A DNA stretch of 64,000 nt from positions 25,870 through 89,869 of the forward strand of contig CAYNVT010000002.1 of assembly GCA_964400685.1 (NCBI GenBank). Reading direction: 5' to 3'. Made by a program: the position numbers and the translations under genes. This document shows, piece by piece, positions 50,914 to 60,259 of the stretch. This DNA comes from an uncultured Bacteriovoracaceae bacterium (lineage in GTDB: Bacteria > Desulfobacterota > Desulfomonilia > UBA1062). Every line of letters begins with the position of its first letter. Within the stretch, counting starts at the first letter, position 1. Under the pieces are notes generated by a model. That model worked only from the letters and a program-made list of their open reading frames with translations, was not told the DNA's origin and did not search any database.

Positions 50914-52107
50914 ATGTCAATTAATATATTTTCTAAATTGCTTATCCTTTCTATTGTAATCACTGTTGCTTGTAATCCTTCGTATGGGGCTGAAGGTCCG
51001 GAAATGACCGATCAGGAAAGTAATAAAGACCCTTCAAAGGAAAATCAGTTTGATACTTGTATCTCAGAGACAAAGAGCGCTTTATCAGGAATATCTTTAA
51101 AGCTTAGCATTGGAGGAGAAATTAATAATTGGAAAGTCGGGACAAGAAGCAGCAAGGAAGATCAGGAAAAGGTAATTGATTATGATTCTGAGGGGCTCGC
51201 ATGCGCCAGACTTCAGCTAAGTCTGGGTTCTCAAAACTATCCTGTTTTATACACCATGTATGAAACCCCCTTTAACCCGTCAGACAGGCAAAATGAAATG
51301 CTCCGGGTCAATAGCAAACAAGAAGGAGGGATGGAACTTTTCACTGGTTATATAGATATAGCACCTATTGTAAAATATATTATGCCCTCGAATTCATTCC
51401 TAGGAGCAGTTGCAGAGTTTCTTTTTTCTGTAAGATTCAAATATACAAGGGATCTTTTCTATTGTGATGCTGATGTACTTAAACCTTCATACTATGTGCC
51501 GATGACGGCAACGATAGATTATGTTGAGCGTGTGTTGTCAGGTATTGCCAAACTTGAACCGGGAGAGGAGATAACATTCAAATCACAGTTTGATTATCAG
51601 GAGATAACTCTTCCCTTATTTGATTTAGGGGATCCTGAAACAAAATTTACAACGCACAAATTCAGGATGGGATATTTCCAGATGAAGTACGGCAAACCAA
51701 CTGATGCGGTTGGTTTGCAAGTGGACAGGTTGCCTTTGATCTGCGAAACCGAATATGAATCACAAGGACTTGTCATTGCATTTCAAACAATAGATCCTAA
51801 TGCAGCAGGACTTAATTTTGATCTCAGTGTGGGTCTCGGAATAAACAACAGCGTAAAATCGGCAATAGATTTCGATCAGGTGTATGGGAAAAAGACAGAA
51901 GCATCTTTTGCAATGTGCACACTGGCGATATGGTACAACTTGTATTTTGGCAAAAAAAATAATTCAGGATTTTTCACTACTGTCGGAGGCTCAGTCCAGC
52001 CTGTAATAGCTGTTATCAAAACTGATGAAGACAATAGTTACTCAGCTATTTTTAGGGATGAAGACACCCTGTTCAAAGGCTTTTTCTCTATCGGGTATAG
52101 TTTTTAG
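50914..52107 (+). CDS. secreted hypothetical protein, possible OMP beta-barrel (397 aa)
   Basis: Signal peptide ILSIVITVACNPSYGA. C-terminus SIGYSF. Confidence 0.5.
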   Translation: MSINIFSKLLILSIVITVACNPSYGAEGPEMTDQESNKDPSKENQFDTCISETKSALSGISLKLSIGGEINNWKVGTRSSKEDQEKVIDYDSEGLACARLQLSLGSQNYPVLYTMYETPFNPSDRQNEMLRVNSKQEGGMELFTGYIDIAPIVKYIMPSNSFLGAVAEFLFSVRFKYTRDLFYCDADVLKPSYYVPMTATIDYVERVLSGIAKLEPGEEITFKSQFDYQEITLPLFDLGDPETKFTTHKFRMGYFQMKYGKPTDAVGLQVDRLPLICETEYESQGLVIAFQTIDPNAAGLNFDLSVGLGINNSVKSAIDFDQVYGKKTEASFAMCTLAIWYNLYFGKKNNSGFFTTVGGSVQPVIAVIKTDEDNSYSAIFRDEDTLFKGFFSIGYSF

Positions 52108-52338
52108 AAACTTTTGGCCATGGATGGGAAGATAAAGAATCATTGATTGATCAATAATTATTTTAAAAGTGAACATCGCACGCCCATCAGTAAACAAGGA
52201 TCAAACAAAGATTGAAAGTCAGAGGATAGAAATTGGTTTGAACAGAACAAAACAGGGAGGGGGCATGGGAAACAATCAATTGAAGCGGATCGGCAAATAT
52301 TTGCCATCTTATCTGGATCAACTCAAAGATCAGGTAAA

Positions 52339-53115
52339 AGCCTATCTCCAGAAATTGTTCCTACAGGATTTACTGATTTAGATTCATTCCTCAAGGGGGG
52401 CATGATACCAGGAAGGCTGTATGTGCTCTCAGGTGCTCCAGCAATGGGGAAAACATCCTTGGCACTCACTATCATGGAGCACTTGTCGATACATGAACAT
52501 CGCCCGGTAGTATATTTTTCGCCATTAATGCGCAGCTGTCATATGCTGGGGCGTCTATTAGCCTCTTTGACCGGGATAGAAATCAAGAAATTTCATAATG
52601 TCTTCATGCTGAATCCGGAAGAGCTTGAAAGGATTAGCACCAGTGCGCAACAAATTTATGAGGCGCCATTCTATTTGAATGAAGATGCTGAAATCACTGG
52701 TATTCAGATCTGTGAAAAGATCAGGGACCTCTCTTCCCGAGAAAAATTAGCCCTGGCAGTTATTGACAATAGTGAGTTTATATCTATAAAGGCAAGGTCA
52801 AAGAAAAAAAGCGATTCCTGGAAAATATTAAAGAAAGTGGCATTACAGTGCAGGATTCCGATACTGTTGATCAGAGATGTCAAATTTACCAGGAATGCTA
52901 GACGGCCAAATCTTTCGGACCTGAGGGGAACAGGAGTCATGGGAGATTTTGCCGATCTCGTCATGTTCTTACATCGCGGGAACGTCTATAAACCCGATGA
53001 GCTTAGAAACAATATAGCGGAATTATCAGTCCAAATGAACAGGTGTGGTCCGACTGGGACGTTACGTTTGCGATGGAATGCTGACCTGGCCAAGCTTTCT
53101 TCTTTATTAATATAA
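52339..53115 (+). pseudogene. DnaB-family replicative helicase C-terminal (RecA-like) domain only. N-terminal domain absent; likely a gene remnant.
   Basis: In-frame PEIVPTGFTDLDSFLKGGMIPGRLYVLSGAPAMGKTS (DnaB linker + Walker A), LAVIDNSEFIS (Walker B), RRPNLSDLRGTGVMGDFADLVMFLHR (arginine-finger region). A stop codon at 52336-52338 lies directly upstream of this frame. First Met is at 52402. Confidence 0.55.
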
Positions 53116-53287
53116 AAAAAATCAAATTCATGTCAGCGAGTAGCGCATTGATAGCAGGCAGCCCGCGGCGCCGCATCATCACTGCTCGGGATAGGGCTCA
53201 ATTCCTCCGCCTCAAGCGTCAACTAATTGAGAATAACAGATGAAGTGTCTAGCGACATCCGAAAAAACTAATCTAATTCAGTTATTA

Positions 53288-53515
53288 TGTCGATATCTGC
53301 ATTGCATATCGACATACTATGCAGATATTATAAGGTTCTCTAAAAATATAGTTCACTGTGACTTGAAAATTCATTTCGTAAACCACATGCTATAACCGCA
53401 AGGGATATTTATCTAAATTTATCAAAATGAATTTGTAATTTTGTATCCTTTTCTGCCGACGCTATGCAAAACATAATAATATTACACGACGCCATGCACA
53501 GTGTTCTTTTTCAAC
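53288..53515 (+). repeat. intergenic repeat family, copy A (long form)
   Basis: Shares the ATCGACATACTATGCAGATATTA ... TTTGTATCC ... CCGACGCTATGC ... CACGACGCCATGCAC ... CTTTTTCAAC backbone with copies B-D. Begins with a 9-bp inverted repeat TGTCGATAT-N9-ATATCGACA. Confidence 0.7.
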
Positions 53516-53541
53516 TAGACGCATTATAGATCAAATATACC

Positions 53542-54816
53542 TTGATTATTAGTATTACAGATGCTTATTATCAAGGTGTGAAATACAACAGTCGCATAGC
53601 CGAAGAAGACCTCAAATCAGCTTTCAAGGTTATGAGTGTCGTTATGGTTTCAGGCGCCAGACAGGTCGGTAAAACAACCATGATCAGGCATGTTTTTCCT
53701 GATATTAAAAGAGTTGAATTCAGTCCACATGGAGATAATCATGGCGCGAGAACAGATCCGCATCTTTTTTTAAACAGTTATCAAACGCCATTGATACTCG
53801 ATGAAGTCCAATATGTTCCTGAACTTCTATCTGCAATCAAGATGCGTCTTGAAAATATAAATGAGCCTGGCCAATATATTCTAACAGGATCGCAGCATCT
53901 TGCAATACTTAAAGCCGTACAGGAAAGCCTTGCCGGAAGAGTTCTGAATATCAACATGTATCCTCTTTCTTTTTCAGAGATTAAAGATATGGGAAAAAGC
54001 GCCTGCTGGCTTGGTAACTATCTTGAAAAACCATCATCGCTTTTATCTTTAAAATCTTTCAATGAAAATGAAAGCCTTGCTCATTGTATCTGGAAGGGTG
54101 GACTTCCCAAACTCCTTGAACTTTCCGATAAGATGGTTTTCAAATATTTGCATTCATATGTTGAAACATATTTATTACACGATGTTTTTACCCTTCTGAA
54201 TATAAGAAACAGAGATTCTTTTATGCTGTTTCTTGGACTTTGCGCAGCCTTGACTGCTCAGGAAATCAATTATTCCGAGTTTGGGAGGGCGTTAGGCATA
54301 AACCAGAAGACAGCCCAGAACTGGCTGAGTGTGCTAAGAAACACTTTCCAATGGCATGAGATTCTCCCTTATCACGGCAATACAATAAAACGTTTGAGTG
54401 AGAAGCCCAAAGGTCATTTTGGCGACACAGGACTTGCCTGCTATTTTCAGAGGATAACATCTCCACAGGCCTTGATTGTAAGCCCGTTGTTTGGCTCTCT
54501 TTTTGAAACATGGGCGTTCAATGAAATTCTCAGACAGACAACAAGCCTTGCCGCCATGCCAAATATCTGGCATTGGCGAACATCTGCCGGCGCCGAGGTT
54601 GACGTTATTCTTGAAATTGACGGAAAGTTTTATCCTATCGAGATGAAAAGCCGTACATCTCTGAAAAAGAAAGATGCAAGCGGCATCAATGCCTTTAGAG
54701 AAACATATGACAAGAATCTGAATATTATGCCTGGGCTCATTATATATGCCGGTGTTGAATGTTATTGGCTTACTGATAATATAATAGCAGTACCGTGGAA
54801 TCTGATTGGAAGATGA
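53542..54816 (+). CDS. AAA_14/DUF4143-family ATPase (424 aa)
   Basis: P-loop MVSGARQVGKTTMI. Family-typical architecture. Start codon uncertain. Confidence 0.7.
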   Translation: MIISITDAYYQGVKYNSRIAEEDLKSAFKVMSVVMVSGARQVGKTTMIRHVFPDIKRVEFSPHGDNHGARTDPHLFLNSYQTPLILDEVQYVPELLSAIKMRLENINEPGQYILTGSQHLAILKAVQESLAGRVLNINMYPLSFSEIKDMGKSACWLGNYLEKPSSLLSLKSFNENESLAHCIWKGGLPKLLELSDKMVFKYLHSYVETYLLHDVFTLLNIRNRDSFMLFLGLCAALTAQEINYSEFGRALGINQKTAQNWLSVLRNTFQWHEILPYHGNTIKRLSEKPKGHFGDTGLACYFQRITSPQALIVSPLFGSLFETWAFNEILRQTTSLAAMPNIWHWRTSAGAEVDVILEIDGKFYPIEMKSRTSLKKKDASGINAFRETYDKNLNIMPGLIIYAGVECYWLTDNIIAVPWNLIGR

Positions 54817-54893
54817 TAAAGCAATCAATTTATTGACAATAAGCTCAGAGAAGCAGTTTTAAGCTGTTTTCAAAATAATATTACAATTAGAAG

Positions 54894-55030
54894 TTTTGTA
54901 TCCTATTTGTATCCTTTTCTACCGACACTATGCGTAACATATTGATATTACACGGCGCCATGCACACTATGCACAGTGTTCTTTTTCAACCGTCTGCTTA
55001 AAATTGCGTAATTAAATTAATGGGTTAATT
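54894..55030 (+). repeat. intergenic repeat family, copy B
   Basis: TTTGTATCCTATTTGTATCC ... ACCGACACTATGCGTAAC ... CTTTTTCAACCG ... AATTAATGGGTTA. About 85-90% identical to copies C and D by eye. Confidence 0.7.
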
Positions 55031-55147
55031 TACTTCCCTATAAATACTACTTTAGATAATATTTAGAATTTCCCTACTTCGAAAATTTATAGATAATGGG
55101 CAATTACAATTTGATAGAAATGGGGGGGGGAGATTATCAAAGGATCA

Positions 55148-56311
55148 CTAATCACGATCATCATAGAACTTTAAACAGTTCTCATTGAGTGGATCAATTC
55201 TGTCTGCATATTTTTGCATCCAGTTTATCCAGTTTTCTATTTTTGTATTCGGAGGAATTTCACCAAAACGATTTATACAAGCTTGCTTGTATAAAGATAA
55301 ATACTCTCTTATCTCTTTGCTTTTTTTGAACAGGTCCAACTGATCATTTAGAAATTCAACCTTTTTCGAATAGACATATTCTCTGTGTCTTTGCTCTTCC
55401 CATAATCTTCTTTGTTCAGCCCATTTCTTTTCTTGTTCTTCCTTTTTAATTCGCCATTGTTTCTTGGCTAGAGCTGCTTTATTGAGACCTATAATAAAAT
55501 TATTGAGAAGATCCTCAACACGCTGGTTTTTTCCATCTTCCCATTTTTTCCTGGTTTTATCGAACTCTGAATCAACGATTTGCAAGCAGAGTCTTCCTGA
55601 TGGCTCATAATAATATTCATGATTATACAAAAAGTGATTTTCTCTTTCTCTTTTTTCTTGAAGCGTTGGTTTTTTCTCAAACCTTGAATAGGTCTCAATG
55701 ATTGAAAACCTGATATCTTCATCCAGTACTTTTACACTATTTTTTATCTCATCATCTGCTATTTTGACTATATAACCTCTCGATTCGAAAGCCTTCAACA
55801 ACGTATCAATGATAGTTAATGAACGAGATATGTTCTTTGGCGAAACATAAAGATCAAGACATTTTTTTGTTTGTGGTCTCACTAACCCTCTAAAATCGGG
55901 TTTCTGTTTTTGAAGATCTTTCTCTGTTTTAATAACCAATGGATGAGGTGAGGCTAGGGTGGCTGAGACCACGATTGAATTTTCATCATTTTTCTCAAAT
56001 TCTATGATTGCTTTTATTTCATCATTCTCTGATACATTTGTTGATCTTTCATTATTTTCATTTCTGGTAAAAGTATGAGATATAATATTTGTATCCTTCG
56101 GTAATTCTGGTAATGGGATCTGCTTTACGGAATAGCCATATTTCTTTCTTTGCCAGTATCCATTTGCAGGAACAGGGACATGAAGTTTCTTACAAACTTT
56201 TTTCAACCCATTGTCAGATATTCCATATTCTTTCGCAAGTCGAATCATTGGGGTTGTCCAAACTTTATTGTACAACTCATCACGGGTAATTATAGTGGTT
56301 TTATTAACCAA
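55148..56311 (-). CDS. hypothetical protein (387 aa), K/E-rich central region
   Basis: Long minus-strand ORF. Its N-terminus (VWTTPMIRLAKEYGISDNGLKKVCKKLHVPVPANGYW) has no family I can name. Confidence 0.55.
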   Translation of the reverse strand: MVNKTTIITRDELYNKVWTTPMIRLAKEYGISDNGLKKVCKKLHVPVPANGYWQRKKYGYSVKQIPLPELPKDTNIISHTFTRNENNERSTNVSENDEIKAIIEFEKNDENSIVVSATLASPHPLVIKTEKDLQKQKPDFRGLVRPQTKKCLDLYVSPKNISRSLTIIDTLLKAFESRGYIVKIADDEIKNSVKVLDEDIRFSIIETYSRFEKKPTLQEKRERENHFLYNHEYYYEPSGRLCLQIVDSEFDKTRKKWEDGKNQRVEDLLNNFIIGLNKAALAKKQWRIKKEEQEKKWAEQRRLWEEQRHREYVYSKKVEFLNDQLDLFKKSKEIREYLSLYKQACINRFGEIPPNTKIENWINWMQKYADRIDPLNENCLKFYDDRD

Positions 56312-56505
56312 ATCAGCCTTCCTTAATGCAGTTATTTGAGTGATTTATTTCTTTTAAAAACTAGCACATTTGATAACGTTTAAAAAGTATGTGCTCTTAA
56401 AATTATCGGTAAATATAATACCGGTCATGTCAACTTAAGTTATTCCTTTGTTTATTGACTATCTCCAGATAGTATGGAATAATCGTACTTACTGGAGATA
56501 ATTAA

Positions 56506-57114
56506 GTGAACAAGAGCGACCCGGTTTATCTTGATTACATATACCTGATGGATAAGCTTAAGGATTATTCATCACCGAAATCAAAACTTACAACTATGAT
56601 AAAATCAGGGGAAATCATTAAGGTAAAGAGAGGATTGTACCTTCCCGGCGATAGAAAATCTTATTCTCTCAAAACCCTGGCAAACAAAATTTACGGTCCC
56701 TCCTATATTTCATTTGAATATGCGCTATCCTATTACAATCTCATACCTGAAAGAACGGATGTGATAACATCCGCCAGTCTTGAAAAAAGCAAGAATAAGA
56801 TATTTGAAACACCGGTAGCAACCTTTGTATACAGAAGCGTTAGTAAGGATGTTTATTCTCTTGGGGTTGTTAGAAAGGAAGAAGACGGGAACCCTTTCTT
56901 AATCGCAACAAAGGAAAAGGCCTTATGTGATTTTTTATCAAAGATGAAGACAGAGGTATCAAATAAAAATATCAGGTCTCTTCTTATAGATGATCTCAGG
57001 ATTGATGAAGAAGAACTCCTCAAGCTTAATATTGATGATATTGCCGGGCTTGTTCCTCTCTACAGGAAAAAAAGTCTGACAGTTCTTCTGAATTTCTTAA
57101 AGGAAGGTTTCTAA
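56506..57114 (+). CDS. AbiEi-like antitoxin/transcriptional regulator (type IV TA)
   Basis: Immediately upstream of, and translationally coupled (TAATG) to, an AbiEii-type nucleotidyltransferase. Size and position fit AbiEi. Confidence 0.5.
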   Translation: MNKSDPVYLDYIYLMDKLKDYSSPKSKLTTMIKSGEIIKVKRGLYLPGDRKSYSLKTLANKIYGPSYISFEYALSYYNLIPERTDVITSASLEKSKNKIFETPVATFVYRSVSKDVYSLGVVRKEEDGNPFLIATKEKALCDFLSKMKTEVSNKNIRSLLIDDLRIDEEELLKLNIDDIAGLVPLYRKKSLTVLLNFLKEGF

Positions 57115-57986
57115 TGCATAACGCTGTTGCCGACATGCTGGATAAATACAACTGCAAGACTATCGATGATTACAGGAATGCCTTAAAAGAAATCATTCAG
57201 GAGATTGCGCTATTGGGACTTTTCAGGGGTAATTTTTTCGATTCCGCAGCGTTTTATGGTGGTACTGCATTACGGATTTTTTATGGCCTTGACAGATTTT
57301 CTGAAGACATTGATTTTTCACTTATAAGTAAATCTGAAGGTTTTAATATCAAGCCATTCTGCGAGGTTATAAAGAATGAACTCGATGCATATGGATTCGA
57401 TGTTGAGGTCTCGCAAAAGAAGAAAACAGCAGACTCAAACATTGAATCCGCCTTTATTAAAGGCGGAACCTTGATACATCTGCTGAAAGTTGGTGCCATT
57501 AATCCACCGATAAAGGGCATAACTGATAATGAACTCCTAAAAATAAAGATAGAAGTTGATACCGATCCGCCAGAAGGAGCGACATATGAAGTGAAGTATC
57601 TGCTCAACCCTATCCCATTTCATGTCAGGCTTTTTTCTCCATCTTCTCTTTTTGCCGGTAAAATTCATGCACTCTTGTTCAGGAACTGGAGGAGCGGCAG
57701 GATTAAAGGTCGCGATCTGTACGATTATGTCTGGTATCTTTCAAAATCGATTCCGGTAAATATCCATCATCTTGAAGGACGCATGAGGCAGACGGATCAT
57801 TTAAAAGATGGAGCAAGTCTAAATATTGAAAAACTAAAGAATCTCCTATTGAAAAGGTTTTCTTCTATTAACTATGAACAGGCTAAACAGGATGTTCTTC
57901 CTTTCATCAAAAAACCTGATGCATTGGGGATTTGGTCAGTAGATTTCTTCAACTCAATCACAAAGGACAAACTTATTTCTGAATAA
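57114..57986 (+). CDS. AbiEii/AbiGii-family nucleotidyltransferase toxin (DUF1814)
   Basis: FYGGTALRIFYGLDRFSEDIDFSLI, the GGTALR ... DIDF NTase signature of AbiEii. Confidence 0.65.
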   Translation: MHNAVADMLDKYNCKTIDDYRNALKEIIQEIALLGLFRGNFFDSAAFYGGTALRIFYGLDRFSEDIDFSLISKSEGFNIKPFCEVIKNELDAYGFDVEVSQKKKTADSNIESAFIKGGTLIHLLKVGAINPPIKGITDNELLKIKIEVDTDPPEGATYEVKYLLNPIPFHVRLFSPSSLFAGKIHALLFRNWRSGRIKGRDLYDYVWYLSKSIPVNIHHLEGRMRQTDHLKDGASLNIEKLKNLLLKRFSSINYEQAKQDVLPFIKKPDALGIWSVDFFNSITKDKLISE

Positions 57987-57991
57987 TGAAA

Positions 57992-58161
57992 TTTGTATCC
58001 TATTTGTATCCTTTTCTGCCGACACTATGCGTAACATATTGATATTACACGACGCCATGCACACTATGCACAGCGTTCTTTTTCAACCGGCCGCTTGAAA
58101 TTGCGTAATTATATTAATGGGTTATGTTACATTTTTGTCGATACGTCTGTTGAATGGGGTT
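57992..58161 (+). repeat. intergenic repeat family, copy C
   Basis: Near-identical to copy D from TTTGTATCCTATTTGTATCC through GAATGGGGTT, then diverges. Confidence 0.7.
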
Positions 58162-58485
58162 AAACAGGTCTATGGTGTGTATTACGCAATCTCAATTCTG
58201 GAAACAATATCCTGAAAGGAATCCTTCGACCAAATTGAGGGAGTCAAAGCGTCTTTGATGAAAGTTGATGCTTCGATTCGTGTTTTGTTAATGTCGAAAG
58301 TCTCGATAGCTTCATGAAAATGTCTGAAAAAAAGATCCCTTGTTAGTTCATGTGCCCTTTTCCGTTCTCTCCAGGCTGAGAATCTTTCCGATTGCCTTGT
58401 GTTATTCTTTTTCTTATATATTTATTGCTTTGATATTTAACCTGTTAGTTGTATTATTAGCCTTGTTTTTTGGGAGGTTTTATTC

Positions 58486-59793
58486 ATGAAAAGACTTATT
58501 GATAAGCATCTTATCAACTGGAAAACCGGAAAGAAAAGAAAATCACTTCTGTTGAGGGGCGCTCGTCAAGTTGGTAAAACCTATTCCATAAGGGAACTTG
58601 GAAAATCCTTTGAGCATTATTGCGAGGTCAATTTTGAAGAACACCCTGCGGCCTCCGAGATGTTCAAGCAGAGTCGCGATCCAGATGAATTGATGAAAAA
58701 GTTATCTGTCTATTTTGAAAAGCCGATAGTTGAGGGCAAAACGCTTCTTTTCCTAGACGAAATCCAGGCTTGCCCGGATGCGCTCAGAAGTCTTCGATTC
58801 TTCAATGAAAAGAATCCGGGGCTTCATGTCGCTGCTGCAGGTTCTCTTCTGGAATTCGCCATTGAGGAAATCCCCTCTTTTGGAGTTGGAAGAATTGAAT
58901 CTATATTCATGTATCCGCTTTCATTCTTTGAATACCTCGAAGCTGCTGGTCATAAAATTATGCTGGAAGCAATAATGGAGGCTTCTTATGATAAACCTTT
59001 GAATGACCAGACACACAGAAAGTTAATGGAGGAGCTCAGGTTGTTCATCTTAACCGGCGGTATGCCGGAAGCCGTTGAGGTTTTTATCGAGGCTTCAGAT
59101 TTCAGCCAGTCAAAAAAAGTGCTGGACGCCATTTTGATCTCCATCATTGATGACTTTGCAAAATACAGAAAAAGAACCCCTTTGGCCCGGCTTGTTGAGG
59201 TTTTCAAATCTATTGGCATCCAGGCTGGCCATAAATTCAAATACAGCAATGTCTCGGAAGATAAATCGATTGTTATTAAAGATGCGCTGTTAATGCTTAT
59301 CAAGGCGGGGCTTGCCTATCAGGTCATACACACATCCGCAGGCGGGGTTCCACTTGGAGCACAAATAGATCCAGCCAAATTTAAGGTAATCATGTTTGAT
59401 ACGGGACTGCAATTAAAACAGTTGGGGTTGAAGATGTCAGATTTAATATCTGAAGATATGAACACCTTTGTTAACAAGGGTGGTCTGGCTGAACAATTTG
59501 TAGGAACGGAACTGGTAAAAGCGATATCAATATCGTCACATCCGGAACTCTATTATTGGCATCGGGAATCAAAGTCGAGCAATGCCGAAGTGGATTATGT
59601 GATAGAAAATAATAATGGCATAATCCCTGTAGAGGTAAAGAGCGGAACAAAAGGTTCAATGCAAAGCATGAGGTTGTTCCTTAATGAACGCAAATTAAGC
59701 CGTGGCTTCAGGATATCTTCAGAAGGCTTTGGTCGCTATGAAAACATTATAGTGGTTCCCTTATACGCTGCCGGAAGGCTTTATGAATTGTAG
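58486..59793 (+). CDS. AAA_14/DUF4143-family ATPase (435 aa)
   Basis: P-loop LRGARQVGKTYSI. Walker B-like LLFLDEIQ. Distant paralog of the 53542 gene. Confidence 0.7.
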   Translation: MKRLIDKHLINWKTGKKRKSLLLRGARQVGKTYSIRELGKSFEHYCEVNFEEHPAASEMFKQSRDPDELMKKLSVYFEKPIVEGKTLLFLDEIQACPDALRSLRFFNEKNPGLHVAAAGSLLEFAIEEIPSFGVGRIESIFMYPLSFFEYLEAAGHKIMLEAIMEASYDKPLNDQTHRKLMEELRLFILTGGMPEAVEVFIEASDFSQSKKVLDAILISIIDDFAKYRKRTPLARLVEVFKSIGIQAGHKFKYSNVSEDKSIVIKDALLMLIKAGLAYQVIHTSAGGVPLGAQIDPAKFKVIMFDTGLQLKQLGLKMSDLISEDMNTFVNKGGLAEQFVGTELVKAISISSHPELYYWHRESKSSNAEVDYVIENNNGIIPVEVKSGTKGSMQSMRLFLNERKLSRGFRISSEGFGRYENIIVVPLYAAGRLYEL

Positions 59794-59916
59794 TCTCGGA
59801 CTATAGCGTAAGGTGCAAAGCATTTGTTTGTTTGGGTAATGAGTTTTGGTAATCACACTTAAATTAAAAAAATCTCCTCATAATATATTGTTTTCTGCAT
59901 AATATATCGGCTGGTT

Positions 59917-60222
59917 ATCGACATACTATGCAGATATTACAAGATGCCTCTATGAATACATTTCATGACAATTTAAAAAAGTTCACTTAATTAATCCACT
60001 ATTTATAACCGCAAGAAATAGTTAGCTAAATTGATCAAAATGAATTTGTAATTTTGTATCCTATTTGTATCCTTTTCTGCCGACGCTATGCGTAACACAT
60101 TGATATTACACGACGCCATGCACACTATGCACAGCGCTCTTTTTCAACCGGCCGCTTGAAATTGCGTAATTATATTAATGGGTTATGTTACATTTTTGTC
60201 GATACGTCTGTTGAATGGGGTT
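59917..60222 (+). repeat. intergenic repeat family, copy D (long form), contiguous with the tRNA-like 3' fragment
   Basis: Contains both the long 5' extension shared with copy A and the 3' extension shared with copy C. Confidence 0.7.
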
Positions 60223-60259
60223 CAGGGGGTCGAAGGTTCAAATCCTTTCGTCCCGACCA
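60222..60259 (+). other. tRNA-like 3' fragment (variable region + T-arm + acceptor 3' strand + CCA) without a matching 5' half
   Basis: T-stem GAAGG, loop TTCAAAT, T-stem CCTTT, then CGTCCCG-A-CCA. No complementary CGGGRYG 5' strand or anticodon arm within 100 nt upstream. Confidence 0.45.

Noticed and set aside
52169-52381. 70-aa ORF in the ORF track
   Set aside because: It overlaps, out of frame, the DnaB-like reading frame that carries clear helicase motifs. It is most likely spurious.
60045-60259. Possibility that repeat copy D plus the tRNA-like end is a tmRNA (ssrA) gene with a 26-codon tag (ADAMRNTLILHDAMHTMHSALFQPAA-stop)
   Set aside because: The acceptor 3' strand CGTCCCG implies a 5' strand CGGGRYG, not GGGG, and it has C rather than U at position 70, so no G3:U70 alanine identity. 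No 5' tRNA-like half or pseudoknots are evident. The tag-like segment occurs in four copies.
53288-60259. Integron cassette array (attC sites) interpretation of the repeats
   Set aside because: The repeats are long, direct and highly similar in sequence, unlike attC sites, which are structure-conserved imperfect palindromes. No intI is seen.
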